Part shown: positions 9,762 through 20,936 of the stretch, one piece after another | How the letters are laid out: the number at the start of each line of letters is the position of its first letter | How positions within the stretch are numbered: the first letter of the stretch is position 1 | Assembly (NCBI GenBank): GCA_913045935.1 | Contig: CAJWSY010000004.1 | Span: 578 to 64,577, forward strand | Direction: 5' to 3' | From: an uncultured Chloroflexota bacterium | GTDB taxonomy: Bacteria > Chloroflexota > Dehalococcoidia > Lucifugimonadales > GCA-002694895 | DNA: 64,000 bases | Notes under the pieces: generated by a model | What the model saw: the letters and a program-made list of their open reading frames with translations, nothing else | What the model was told of the DNA's origin: nothing | Databases searched by the model: none | Translations under genes and position numbers: made by a program

Positions 9762-11006
9762 ATGAGCAAAATTTATTCAACGATATCTAAAATTATTTTA
9801 AATCCGATATTTTTGGGAGTTTTATTTGTTGTCTCAATTCTTGGAGGAGGATTAGGGACTGCCTTGGATTTAGGTTTTCTTAGCGCTCCTTTTGCATATA
9901 TTTCCATCCCGGCTGAAACTTTGTATTACTTTAAAGGCAAAGGCTTCTTATATGAATTTCTGAATAAAGCGTTAACAAATACTTTGCTCATGTCTTTATT
10001 ATCAATATTGATATTAACACTAATTTCAAGGCGTGCCACAAAAAATATGAAAGTGGTTCCAAGTGGTTTGCAAAATCTGATTGAATTTGCATTGGAAGCC
10101 ATGTATAACACGTGTAAAAAAATCGCTGGAGATGACAAAGGAAAAGTTTTCTTTCCGTTAGTAATGACAATATTTCTCTTTGTTGTTATATCAAATTGGA
10201 TTGGTGTGCTACCTGGAACCGGTACCATAGGTCGAATTGAGACAGCTGAAGAATATTGTCACCACCAAGAAGAAAAAAACAATTTAGGACATGATGTGAA
10301 ATTTAATATTTATAAAACTAATGGAGTTCTTGCCTCGACAATGTTTGGGTATGGGAAAACTGATTATTCAATAAAGTCTTCAGACAAATCACTTTTTTCT
10401 GATTCTTACTCAAAGTCAGATTCTGTGCAAAGCAAAGATTCACATTCTAAATCTGATTCAGGGCATGGTCACGATTCGCACTCAGGAAGTATTGTATGCT
10501 CTCATCATTGGTTGGAACATGATTTTGTTCATGCAAAAGAAATCAAGGCTAAAGAACTGGGAGTAGCAAATTTCGATGATAATTTTAAGGTTGGAATTTT
10601 AGTTCCATTTTTCAGAGGTACTAATTCGGATATGAACACCACTTTAGCATTGGCATTGATAGCTATGGTTTGCATACATTGGTGGGGATTCAAATATTTG
10701 GGACTAACAGGGCATGCAGGGAAATTCATCAATTTTAAAAACGGTCCAATAAACTTTTTTGTTGGAATTTTAGAGTTGGTTGGAGAATTTGCTAAAATAT
10801 TAAGTTTTACTTTTAGGTTATTTGGGAATATTTTCGCAGGAGAAGTGTTATTATTTGCGATGGCATTTTTATTACCATTAATTGGAATTATTCCTTTTAT
10901 AGGCTTAGAATTATTCGTTGGATTAATTCAGGGGCTTATATTTTCAATGTTAACTCTAGTTTTTGCTTCTATATCTACTGTAGAGCATAATTCAGATGAT
11001 CATTGA
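9762..11006 (+). CDS. atpB: F0F1 ATP synthase subunit a, unusually long (414 aa) because of an internal insertion
   Basis: Conserved C-terminal region LSFTFRLFGNIFAGE (essential Arg) and MNTTLALALI. Operon position. Insertion about aa 156-285. Confidence 0.9.
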   Translation: MSKIYSTISKIILNPIFLGVLFVVSILGGGLGTALDLGFLSAPFAYISIPAETLYYFKGKGFLYEFLNKALTNTLLMSLLSILILTLISRRATKNMKVVPSGLQNLIEFALEAMYNTCKKIAGDDKGKVFFPLVMTIFLFVVISNWIGVLPGTGTIGRIETAEEYCHHQEEKNNLGHDVKFNIYKTNGVLASTMFGYGKTDYSIKSSDKSLFSDSYSKSDSVQSKDSHSKSDSGHGHDSHSGSIVCSHHWLEHDFVHAKEIKAKELGVANFDDNFKVGILVPFFRGTNSDMNTTLALALIAMVCIHWWGFKYLGLTGHAGKFINFKNGPINFFVGILELVGEFAKILSFTFRLFGNIFAGEVLLFAMAFLLPLIGIIPFIGLELFVGLIQGLIFSMLTLVFASISTVEHNSDDH

Positions 11007-11033
11007 TCAAATTTATGATAAATTATTAATTAA

Positions 11034-11285
<252 letters not shown>

Positions 11286-11320
11286 TTGTTTTTTAGATTA
11301 ATAAAAATTAGGAGTTTTAT

Positions 11321-11818
11321 ATGGATGCATTAGGCATTAATTGGCCTGGTCTCTTAACTCAGGTAATTAGCTTTGTTATTCTTTTTACTTTGTTAAAGAA
11401 ATTTTTGTATGCTCCTGTAGTAAAAATGCTTGAAGACCGATCTGAAAAAATCAAATCAAGTCTAGAAACTGCAGAGAGAGTTAAACAAGAAGCAGAAAAA
11501 ACTACAGAAGTGAATGAATCATTGATGATTAAGGCTAGAGAAGAGTCTCAAGCTCTCATTTCTGAAGCTCGGGAACAAGCCAAGAAAATCAAAGAATCTG
11601 AAATGGAAAAAAGTAAAGAGCAAATTGATAGCGAAAGAAAGAGAGCTCTTGATGAAATAAATTCAGAGCAAGAAAAAATAATTAATAATATTAGATCAGA
11701 GTTTTCAGGGCTAGCAATAGCTGCTGCAGAAAAAATTGTCGAACGAGAAGTAAACGAAAAAAATCATGATCAAATTATTAGTTCTTTCTTAGATAAAGCA
11801 AAAAAAATTAATAACTAA
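11321..11818 (+). CDS. atpF: F0F1 ATP synthase subunit b
   Basis: Single N-terminal TM followed by a long charged coiled-coil region. Operon position. Confidence 0.9.
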   Translation: MDALGINWPGLLTQVISFVILFTLLKKFLYAPVVKMLEDRSEKIKSSLETAERVKQEAEKTTEVNESLMIKAREESQALISEAREQAKKIKESEMEKSKEQIDSERKRALDEINSEQEKIINNIRSEFSGLAIAAAEKIVEREVNEKNHDQIISSFLDKAKKINN

Positions 11819-11837
11819 ATAAAGGTATTTTGAGCCG

Positions 11838-12371
11838 ATGGCTAAAGATTCAAAAACAGCAAAAAGATATGCTAAAGCAATATTCGAATTAGCTTTAGAA
11901 AGTAAAGATATTGATACTTGGTTGACAAATATAAGATTGGTTTGTGAATCTGCTAAAAATCATGAATTTAGTATGATCTTAGATTCATCTAAGATATCAT
12001 CTGAAGACAAAAATTTTTTGGTCGACAAAGTTTTAAGTTCGAAGTTAAGTGATTTGCAGTTGAACTTTGTTAAATTGCTTGCTAAAAATCAATCTTTTTT
12101 GTTGATAAATGAAATTTACAATCAATTTGAGCACGAATTTGAAAAGCATAATAATAAAGTAAAAGTTACACTTTCATCGCCATTTAAAGTTGATTCTAAT
12201 TTGAGAAACAAGATCAATGAATTGGTGAAAAATATTTCAGGATCGGATCCTCAAATAGAAGAAAAAATTGATGACACACTAATTGGTGGTATTGTAATTA
12301 AAATTGGTGACACTGTAATTGATGGAAGTTTTAAAAACAAATTGAAACAATTAAAAAGAGAATTAGTTTAA
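11838..12371 (+). CDS. atpH: F0F1 ATP synthase subunit delta (OSCP)
   Basis: 177 aa, RYAKAIFELA N-terminus and IGG.V.K.GD...DGS C-terminal motif. Operon position. Confidence 0.9.
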   Translation: MAKDSKTAKRYAKAIFELALESKDIDTWLTNIRLVCESAKNHEFSMILDSSKISSEDKNFLVDKVLSSKLSDLQLNFVKLLAKNQSFLLINEIYNQFEHEFEKHNNKVKVTLSSPFKVDSNLRNKINELVKNISGSDPQIEEKIDDTLIGGIVIKIGDTVIDGSFKNKLKQLKRELV

Positions 12372-12387
12372 CTAACGGAGGACAGTT

Positions 12388-13893
12388 ATGGCAAATGAAG
12401 ATATAACCTCAATAATAAAAGAACAAATCAAACAATTTGGTGATGATTTAAAAGTTGAACAAACTGGTACGGTAACTGAGGCAGGTGATGGTGTAGCTAG
12501 AGTGCAAGGATTATCAACTGTAAAAGCTAATGAAATTGTTCAATTTGAAAATGATGTTTTTGGATTGGCTTTAAACTTGGAAGAAGACACAGTAGGTGTG
12601 GTTATTCTAGGAGATTATCTGGGAATTAAAGAGGGTGACGAAGTTAAAAGTACCGGAAGAATAGTAGAAGTCCCTGTGGGACAAGAAATGATTGGAAGAG
12701 TTTTGAACCCTTTGGGTCAACCAGTTGACGGTAAAGGAAATATTAAATCGTCAGATACTATTGAAGTCGAAAAGATTGCTCCTGGTGTTGTAGAAAGAGA
12801 ATCAGTCAATCAGCCAGTACAATTTGGAGTTAAAGTTGTTGACGGGTTAGTGCCTATTGGTAGAGGTCAGAGAGAATTGGTTATTGGAGATAGAGGTACA
12901 GGCAAAACTGCTGTTTGTATTGATGCAATTATTAACCAGAAAGGTGGAGATTTAATTTGTATTTATGTTTCTATTGGACAAAAAGCTTCTAAAGTAGCAA
13001 ACATAGTAAATCAATTAGAAGTTAACGGAGCTATGGATCATACAATTGTTGTTACTGCTAATGCCTCTGAATCAGCAGCATTACAATATTTGGCGCCCTA
13101 TGCAGGGTGTGCGATGGGTGAATATTTCATGTCACAAGGTAAAGATGTATTGATTGTATATGATGATCTTACAAAACATGCATGGGCATATAGACAGATG
13201 TCTCTTCTACTAAGAAGGCCACCAGGAAGAGAAGCATATCCCGGAGATGTGTTTTATTTGCACTCAAGATTACTAGAAAGAGCTGTTAATCTATCTGATG
13301 ATTACGGGGGAGGATCTATGACAGCTTTACCTGTTATAGAAACACAGGCAGGAGATGTGTCTGCGTATATTCCAACAAATGTAATATCAATTACAGACGG
13401 TCAAATATACTTAGAACCTGATTTGTTTAACTCAGGTATAAGACCAGCAGTAAACTTGGGATTATCGGTAACAAGAGTAGGTAGTTCTGCTCAAACAAAA
13501 GCAATGAAATCTGTGGCTGCAAGTTTGAAAATTGAAATGGCACAATTCCGTGAACTTGAAAGCTTTGCTCAATTTGGTTCTTCTGATTTAGATGATGCTA
13601 CGAAAAAACAACTTGATAGAGGACAAAGGATATTAGAATTATTGAAACAAAACGAAGCTTCGCCTGTTACTATGCAACAACAAGTATGTTTATTCTATAT
13701 GGTTAACGAAGGAGTCTTTGATGATATTCCTTTAGAAAAAGTAAAAGAATTTGAACTTAGTTGGTATGATTACGCTGAATCTAATTTAGACAAAGTATTG
13801 GATAATATTAAGACTTCTGGAGAATTGTCAGATGATGATAAGAAGATAGTTAGCGATGTTAGTTTAAAATACAAAAAATCAATGGGTTATTAA
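12388..13893 (+). CDS. atpA: F0F1 ATP synthase subunit alpha
   Basis: Walker A GDRGTGKT and highly conserved alpha-subunit blocks ([27 protein letters not shown]). Confidence 0.98.
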   Translation: MANEDITSIIKEQIKQFGDDLKVEQTGTVTEAGDGVARVQGLSTVKANEIVQFENDVFGLALNLEEDTVGVVILGDYLGIKEGDEVKSTGRIVEVPVGQEMIGRVLNPLGQPVDGKGNIKSSDTIEVEKIAPGVVERESVNQPVQFGVKVVDGLVPIGRGQRELVIGDRGTGKTAVCIDAIINQKGGDLICIYVSIGQKASKVANIVNQLEVNGAMDHTIVVTANASESAALQYLAPYAGCAMGEYFMSQGKDVLIVYDDLTKHAWAYRQMSLLLRRPPGREAYPGDVFYLHSRLLERAVNLSDDYGGGSMTALPVIETQAGDVSAYIPTNVISITDGQIYLEPDLFNSGIRPAVNLGLSVTRVGSSAQTKAMKSVAASLKIEMAQFRELESFAQFGSSDLDDATKKQLDRGQRILELLKQNEASPVTMQQQVCLFYMVNEGVFDDIPLEKVKEFELSWYDYAESNLDKVLDNIKTSGELSDDDKKIVSDVSLKYKKSMGY

Positions 13894-13899
13894 ATTTAA

Positions 13900-14775
13900 A
13901 TGGCAAGTACTAAAGAACTAAGAACAAGAATTAAATCTATTTCAAATACTGCTAAAGTAACTGGAGCTATGCAGATGATTGCAGCTTCCAAATTAAGAAA
14001 AGCTCAAAATTCTGCTGAGGAATTTAATTTGTTTTCCAAGGGATATGATGACATTAAAAATAGTTTAATGGGATCTGTGAATTTTGATTTACTTTCTGAA
14101 ATAAGCCCATTATTTAATAATGAAGATAGTAATAAGAACGGGAACATTCTTTACATTGTTATGTCTTCAAATCGTGGATTGGCTGGACCTTTGTTTGGGA
14201 ATCTGGTTAAAATTCTTGAGGCTCAAAATACCGATCAAGCTAGCTTTATTAGTGTTGGTAAAAAAATAGAAAAATATTTATCTTCTAGAAAGCGAAATTT
14301 AATTCAATCTTATGATATGAAAGATGAATTTGACCCTTCTGAAATAGATCAATTATCAGATCTAGTTATAAATGAATTTACGAATAATGAATATTCACAG
14401 GTTAAACTAATTTACACACATTTTAATAGTGTTGCTAAACAAACGGCCCAAGTGGTTGATTTATTACCGTTCAAGGAAGAATCAGATGAATCGACTCAAA
14501 ATACCCAATTAAGCGGTCATATATTTGAACCTAATCAAATAGATCTAGTTTTAGATTTTGCACCTAAATTTATTTTGACTATTATTTTTGGTGCGATTTT
14601 AGATTCTTTAGCAAGTGAACATGCTGCAAGAATGGTAGCAATGCAAAACGCTACTGACAATGCTAACGAATTAGTGGAAGATTTAACATTAGATTTAAAC
14701 AAAGCAAGACAAGAAACTATAACTTCAGAGTTGTTAGACTTAGTAGGTGGAATGTCTGCTATAGAAGAAAATTAA
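13900..14775 (+). CDS. atpG: F0F1 ATP synthase subunit gamma
   Basis: N-terminal ELRTRIKSI.NT.K.T.AM.M.A.SKLRKAQ and C-terminal ITSELLDLVGG motifs. Confidence 0.95.
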   Translation: MASTKELRTRIKSISNTAKVTGAMQMIAASKLRKAQNSAEEFNLFSKGYDDIKNSLMGSVNFDLLSEISPLFNNEDSNKNGNILYIVMSSNRGLAGPLFGNLVKILEAQNTDQASFISVGKKIEKYLSSRKRNLIQSYDMKDEFDPSEIDQLSDLVINEFTNNEYSQVKLIYTHFNSVAKQTAQVVDLLPFKEESDESTQNTQLSGHIFEPNQIDLVLDFAPKFILTIIFGAILDSLASEHAARMVAMQNATDNANELVEDLTLDLNKARQETITSELLDLVGGMSAIEEN

Positions 14776-14782
14776 ATATTAA

Positions 14783-16195
<1,413 letters not shown>

Positions 16196-16202
16196 GATTA
16201 GC

Positions 16203-16445
16203 ATGTCTTTTGAAATTAAAATAGTATCTAAAAACGGATTAGAATTCGAAAGTGAAGTAGATTCAGTAACATTGCCAGCAAAGGATGGTTATATAACGGT
16301 ATTGAGGAGTCATGCGAGTTTGATAACTTCTTTGAATGCAGGTACAATTACCGCTCGTTTTTCTGGGCAAAAGGAAAAAAATATTGAAATCACGGGTGGT
16401 TTTTCCGAGATTAAAGAAAATAAATTAACCGTATTAATAGATTAG
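16203..16445 (+). CDS. atpC: F0F1 ATP synthase subunit epsilon, N-terminal beta-sandwich domain only (80 aa)
   Basis: MSFEIKIVS...LPAKDGYITVL..HASLIT.L..G...GGFSEI...LTVL matches the epsilon N-terminal domain. ATG at 16203 preferred over the in-frame TTG at 16173, which lies inside atpD. Confidence 0.85.
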   Translation: MSFEIKIVSKNGLEFESEVDSVTLPAKDGYITVLRSHASLITSLNAGTITARFSGQKEKNIEITGGFSEIKENKLTVLID

Positions 16446-16446
16446 A

Positions 16447-17073
16447 TTATTTATCTAAGTAATATGACATAGACTGAAGTGATAGTATCGGGTCAATATT
16501 CATGCAAGACACATTTTTCGGTATTATTGGTTTCATAGGGGCATAGTTCAAAATCCCTTTTACACCAGATTGAATAAGCCGGTCTATTACTCCTTGGGCA
16601 TCAATGGCCGGAACTGTTACTATTCCTATTTTTATATCAAGTGTTTTAATGTATTGATTCATATCTGATATAGATCGAATTTCTATATCAGATATAGTTT
16701 TTGTTTTTGGAATGGATATATCAAAAGCCACTTTAATTAAATATCCTTCATCTTTAAACCCCTGGTAATTAATTACAGCTTGACCTAATTTACCTACCCC
16801 AACAACACAGGAATTCCAAGATTTATTTAAATTTAGTATTTCTCTAAGTTCTTCAAGTAAATAATCAATATTATAGCCTTTACCTTGTTTGCCAAATTTT
16901 CCAAAGTGACTGAAGTCTTTTCTAATTTGAGCAGGTGTGGTTTGTAATAGATGCCCTAAATGCTCTGAACTTATTGTAGTTTGATTCATTGATTTGAGGT
17001 CATTTAAGGTTCTTACATAAAGTGGCAATCTGTTAATTACTATATCGGGAATATCTTGTTCAGTATTATTCAT
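16447..17073 (-). CDS. rex: redox-sensing transcriptional repressor Rex
   Basis: N-terminal winged helix RLPLYVRTL...ISSE.L, then KDFSHFG.FG..G.GY and Rossmann GVGKLGQA. Confidence 0.9.
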   Translation of the reverse strand: MNNTEQDIPDIVINRLPLYVRTLNDLKSMNQTTISSEHLGHLLQTTPAQIRKDFSHFGKFGKQGKGYNIDYLLEELREILNLNKSWNSCVVGVGKLGQAVINYQGFKDEGYLIKVAFDISIPKTKTISDIEIRSISDMNQYIKTLDIKIGIVTVPAIDAQGVIDRLIQSGVKGILNYAPMKPIIPKNVSCMNIDPILSLQSMSYYLDK

Positions 17074-17212
17074 GTTTATTAATATATATAAAAATTTTTG
17101 TTATATTAACACAGCTAAAATCATTTATATATCAATTATGCTATCATAATACTAGTAAAAATTTGGTAGAATTGAATAGCTGAGGCTTTGAATAAATAGA
17201 ACGAGGAAAAAA

Positions 17213-18343
17213 ATGGATGAAGTTAGAATTCATAGAGGTTTAAAAGAAGTTTACCTTGATAGAACTAAGTCAAGTTATGTTGATGGTAAGAATGGTAAAT
17301 TATATTACCGAGGATTTAATATAAATGAATTAGCTAACAATTCATCTTTTGAAGAAGTTAGCTATCTTTTGATTCATGGTAAATTACCAACAAAATCAGA
17401 ATTAATTCAACTAACTGAATGGATGTCAGTTAGGAGAGAAATCCCATCCCAAATTATTGATTTGATTTCATCAATAAAACATTTACATCCAATGGATGTT
17501 CTGAGGACAGCAATTTCTACATTGTCTGCTTATGATAAAGATTTAGAAGATGAAAGTATACAAACGAATATAGAAAGAGGATTGTCTATTACAGCCAAAG
17601 CTCCAACAATAGTGGCAACGCATGTTAGATTAAGAGATGGTAATGATATTATTCCTCCAAATAAAAATTTGTCACATTCTGCTAATTTTCTATATATGTT
17701 ATTTGGACAAGAGCCAGATGATTTAGATGCTAAATTAATTGATAAAGATTTGATTTTACATGCTGAGCATGGATTAAATGCTTCTTCATTTACAGCTAGA
17801 GTAGTAGCTTCTACTCAATCAGATATGTATTCTGCTATCACAGCTGGAGTTGCAGCACTAAAAGGACCTGCCCATGGAGGGGCAGCTGAAGGAGTAATGA
17901 AGCAAGCACAAGACATTGGAGACGAAAGTAATACAAAAGAATATGTTAAAGATCTATTATCTAGTGGTGGAAGAATCATGGGATTCGGGCATCGAGTTTA
18001 TAAGACAGCTGATCCGAGGGCTTTAATATTAAAAAAAGACGCAAAGAATTTAAGTGAAAGAAAAGGAAATCCAAAATGGTTTTCTATATTACAGTCACTT
18101 GCAGAATGTATGGAACCTTATGAAAAAAAAGGCATATGTGAGAATGTTGATTTTTGGACTGGTGCTATATATAACTTGCTAGAGATCCCAGACGATATTT
18201 TTGTTTCAATTTTTGCATTAGCTAGAATACCCGGATGGACTGCACAAGTCACAGAGCAATTAGATAACAATATTCTTATTAGACCTTTACTAGAATATGT
18301 TGGAGAATTGGATATCCCGTATATAGACATTGATGAACGATGA
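17213..18343 (+). CDS. citrate synthase (short, about 376-aa type; 2-methylcitrate synthase not excluded)
   Basis: LILHAEHGLNASSF, GPAHGGA and GFGHRVYKTADPR catalytic blocks. Confidence 0.9.
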   Translation: MDEVRIHRGLKEVYLDRTKSSYVDGKNGKLYYRGFNINELANNSSFEEVSYLLIHGKLPTKSELIQLTEWMSVRREIPSQIIDLISSIKHLHPMDVLRTAISTLSAYDKDLEDESIQTNIERGLSITAKAPTIVATHVRLRDGNDIIPPNKNLSHSANFLYMLFGQEPDDLDAKLIDKDLILHAEHGLNASSFTARVVASTQSDMYSAITAGVAALKGPAHGGAAEGVMKQAQDIGDESNTKEYVKDLLSSGGRIMGFGHRVYKTADPRALILKKDAKNLSERKGNPKWFSILQSLAECMEPYEKKGICENVDFWTGAIYNLLEIPDDIFVSIFALARIPGWTAQVTEQLDNNILIRPLLEYVGELDIPYIDIDER

Positions 18344-18364
18344 TCAAATTTTGAATTTATTTAT

Positions 18365-19468
18365 ATGATTCATGACAATTTAAAAAAACATTTTGGTCAG
18401 AACATTTTGAATTCTTATGATCAATTTATGAATTTTAAATTATACGATTCGCATCAAGGCTATTACTCTAAATCAAATAAAAATTTATGGGAATCAGACT
18501 ATTTTACTTCTCCAATGATTCACCCTGTTTTTGCTTATTTGATTGCTAGATATATTTATTCAACTTGGTTAACTTTAAACAAGCCTTCCGATTTCCATTT
18601 AATTGAAATAGGTGGAGGTGGTTTGTATTTAATTAAAGAGATAATCAATGCCCTTAGATTGATTGATCAAAAATTTTCAGAGCAATGTAAAATTATTGTG
18701 ATTGATAAAAATTTTCATAATACTTTAGACATTGATAACGATTTGAATTTAGTTATCGCAGACACATTTTGCTTTAAAAATATAAAAGGGTTTGTGCTAT
18801 CAAATGAACTTTTTGATGCAATGCCATTCAAACGCATTATTTATAAGAATGACAAGTATTATGAAATTTTATTCAAAATAAATGATGGATTGAATGAAGA
18901 ATTAGAGCGAATTAATTTTGAATCATTTTCTTACTTCGATGCTACAAATTACTCAATAGATAATAAAGTATATACATATTCAGATTTGCATGAAAATTTG
19001 ATTAATCAAATATGGACTGGATTGGATTTAGGTGTCGTTCTTTCTTTTGATTATGGATATACTTCAGATCAATTAAATGCCAATATTAGTTTGAATACTG
19101 ATTCCAGAGTTATTAGTAATAATAAAATAATTCGTAATTTGTATCCTAGTGAAAAGTCAGATATAAGTTGTTTTGTGAATTTTGATTTGTTAAATATTTT
19201 TTATAAAAATGCAGGTTTTGAAAGTATTTATCTTGGATCACAAGCAGACTTTCTGAATCAGTTAGGTATCAAAGAATATGCAAAAGCATATTTTGATTCA
19301 AATCGAACTATAGCAGATAAATCAAAAAACATGAGAGTTATGCAAGATTTGGTAGACGAAGAAATTTTTGGAAATTATTTAGTTTTAGCTGTTTCTAAGG
19401 GAAAAGATAACATCAATCAAAATCAATTGGTAAATAAAATAAATTCAATGGATATTTTGATTAACTAG
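18365..19468 (+). CDS. SAM-dependent methyltransferase, MidA/NDUFAF7 (DUF185) family
   Basis: YYS......DYFTSP and LIEIGGGGLYL motifs. SNELFDAMP block typical of DUF185. Confidence 0.7.
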   Translation: MIHDNLKKHFGQNILNSYDQFMNFKLYDSHQGYYSKSNKNLWESDYFTSPMIHPVFAYLIARYIYSTWLTLNKPSDFHLIEIGGGGLYLIKEIINALRLIDQKFSEQCKIIVIDKNFHNTLDIDNDLNLVIADTFCFKNIKGFVLSNELFDAMPFKRIIYKNDKYYEILFKINDGLNEELERINFESFSYFDATNYSIDNKVYTYSDLHENLINQIWTGLDLGVVLSFDYGYTSDQLNANISLNTDSRVISNNKIIRNLYPSEKSDISCFVNFDLLNIFYKNAGFESIYLGSQADFLNQLGIKEYAKAYFDSNRTIADKSKNMRVMQDLVDEEIFGNYLVLAVSKGKDNINQNQLVNKINSMDILIN

Positions 19469-20924
19469 ATACTTGTGTGTCTCGCCAGCTGAGTTTTGGA
19501 TTTCTTGCGGCTAAAGCTTCATTAAGTCTTTTGTTAGGAGTATTATGTGGAGCATTGTGTAACAGTTCAGGATCTGTTTTAGCTTCATCTACAATTTGTT
19601 TGATCACATATATAAAATCATCAAGAGTTTCTTTTGACTCAGTTTCAGTTGGCTCAACTAGTAATGCTTCGTCAACGATTAATGGGAAATACATTGTAGG
19701 AGGATGAATGTTGTAATCGATTAATCTTTTGGATATGTCCAGTGCGTTTACACCATATTTTTCTTTTATTGTTTTAGCTGAAAAAACCACTTCATGACTG
19801 CAAATTCTATTGTAAGGAAGATCTAAGGTATTTTCTAACTTTGTTCTAAGGTAATTTGCATTTATTACAGCATCTTCACTAATACTATTTATGCCTTCTT
19901 TTCCTAAAGTTCTAATATAAGCATATGCTCTTACTAACGCACCAAAATTTCCATGAAATGCTCCCATTTTACCTATTGATTTTGAAGGTTTGGTTAAATC
20001 AAAGTTATCTTTGATTTTTGTAACAATAGGATCTGGTAAAAATTCAACTAGTCTTTGACTAACCATTACTGCACCCGCGCCAGGTCCTCCGCCTCCATGT
20101 GGTTGAGTAAATGTTTTATGTAAGTTTGAATGTATGACATCAAATCCTATTTCACCAGGTTTAACTTTTCCAAGGATAGCATTTAAATTTGCACCATCAC
20201 CATATATAAGTCCGCCATTTTCATTAATTATATTTACTATCTCAACAATATTTGTGTCAAATAATCCAATTGTGCTAGGCTGGGTAAGCATTAATCCAGC
20301 TGTTGTGTCATCTACCACGCTTCTTAGAGCGTCTAAGTCAGTATTCCCATTTTTGTCTGTAGGGATACTTACAACCTCAAATCCTGCCATTACAGCTGAG
20401 GCAGGATTGGTACCGTGAGCACTATCAGGAATAATTACTTTTTTTCTTTGGAAGTCTTCTCTGTTTCGGTGGTAAGCACGAATCATTAGCATTCCTGCTA
20501 ATTCAGCTTCAGCACCTGCCATAGGGGCTAAGGAAGTACCAGCCATACCTGTGATTTCTGCTAGAAGGATTTGTAAATGATGCATTAGTTCTAATGCACC
20601 CTGAGTTGTACTAGTATCTTGAAGAGGATGTATATCATTAAATCCTGGTAGTGCAGCAATATCGTCATTGAGTTTAGGATTATATTTCATTGTGCAACTT
20701 CCCAACGGATAAAAATTATGATCTATTGAGAAATTCATTTGGCTTATTGAAGAAAAATATCGCACAATTTCATTTTCAGATACCTCTGGCATTGTAAGTT
20801 CTTCTCTTAGTTGAGAAGAATCAGGCAATTTTTGTGCAGGAATATCCATTGAAGGCATAGTTGTTCCTACCTTCCCAGTAATACTTTGGTCAAATAATAG
20901 TTTTCTTTTAGATATTTTATTCAT
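19461..20924 (-). CDS. gcvPB: glycine dehydrogenase (decarboxylating) subunit 2
   Basis: HSNLHKTFTQPHGGGGPG (PLP-Lys block). Follows gcvPA. Confidence 0.95.
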   Translation of the reverse strand: MNKISKRKLLFDQSITGKVGTTMPSMDIPAQKLPDSSQLREELTMPEVSENEIVRYFSSISQMNFSIDHNFYPLGSCTMKYNPKLNDDIAALPGFNDIHPLQDTSTTQGALELMHHLQILLAEITGMAGTSLAPMAGAEAELAGMLMIRAYHRNREDFQRKKVIIPDSAHGTNPASAVMAGFEVVSIPTDKNGNTDLDALRSVVDDTTAGLMLTQPSTIGLFDTNIVEIVNIINENGGLIYGDGANLNAILGKVKPGEIGFDVIHSNLHKTFTQPHGGGGPGAGAVMVSQRLVEFLPDPIVTKIKDNFDLTKPSKSIGKMGAFHGNFGALVRAYAYIRTLGKEGINSISEDAVINANYLRTKLENTLDLPYNRICSHEVVFSAKTIKEKYGVNALDISKRLIDYNIHPPTMYFPLIVDEALLVEPTETESKETLDDFIYVIKQIVDEAKTDPELLHNAPHNTPNKRLNEALAARNPKLSWRDTQVSS

Positions 20925-20936
20925 AATTAGTTTTCT

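Noticed and set aside
17074-17212. Canonical Rex operator (TTGTGAA-N4-TTCACAA) in the rex upstream region or upstream of the atp operon
   Set aside because: I found no match by eye with correct spacing in the intergenic regions I inspected. Only the shorter-spaced palindrome is reported as a finding. I could not scan all 64 kb exhaustively.
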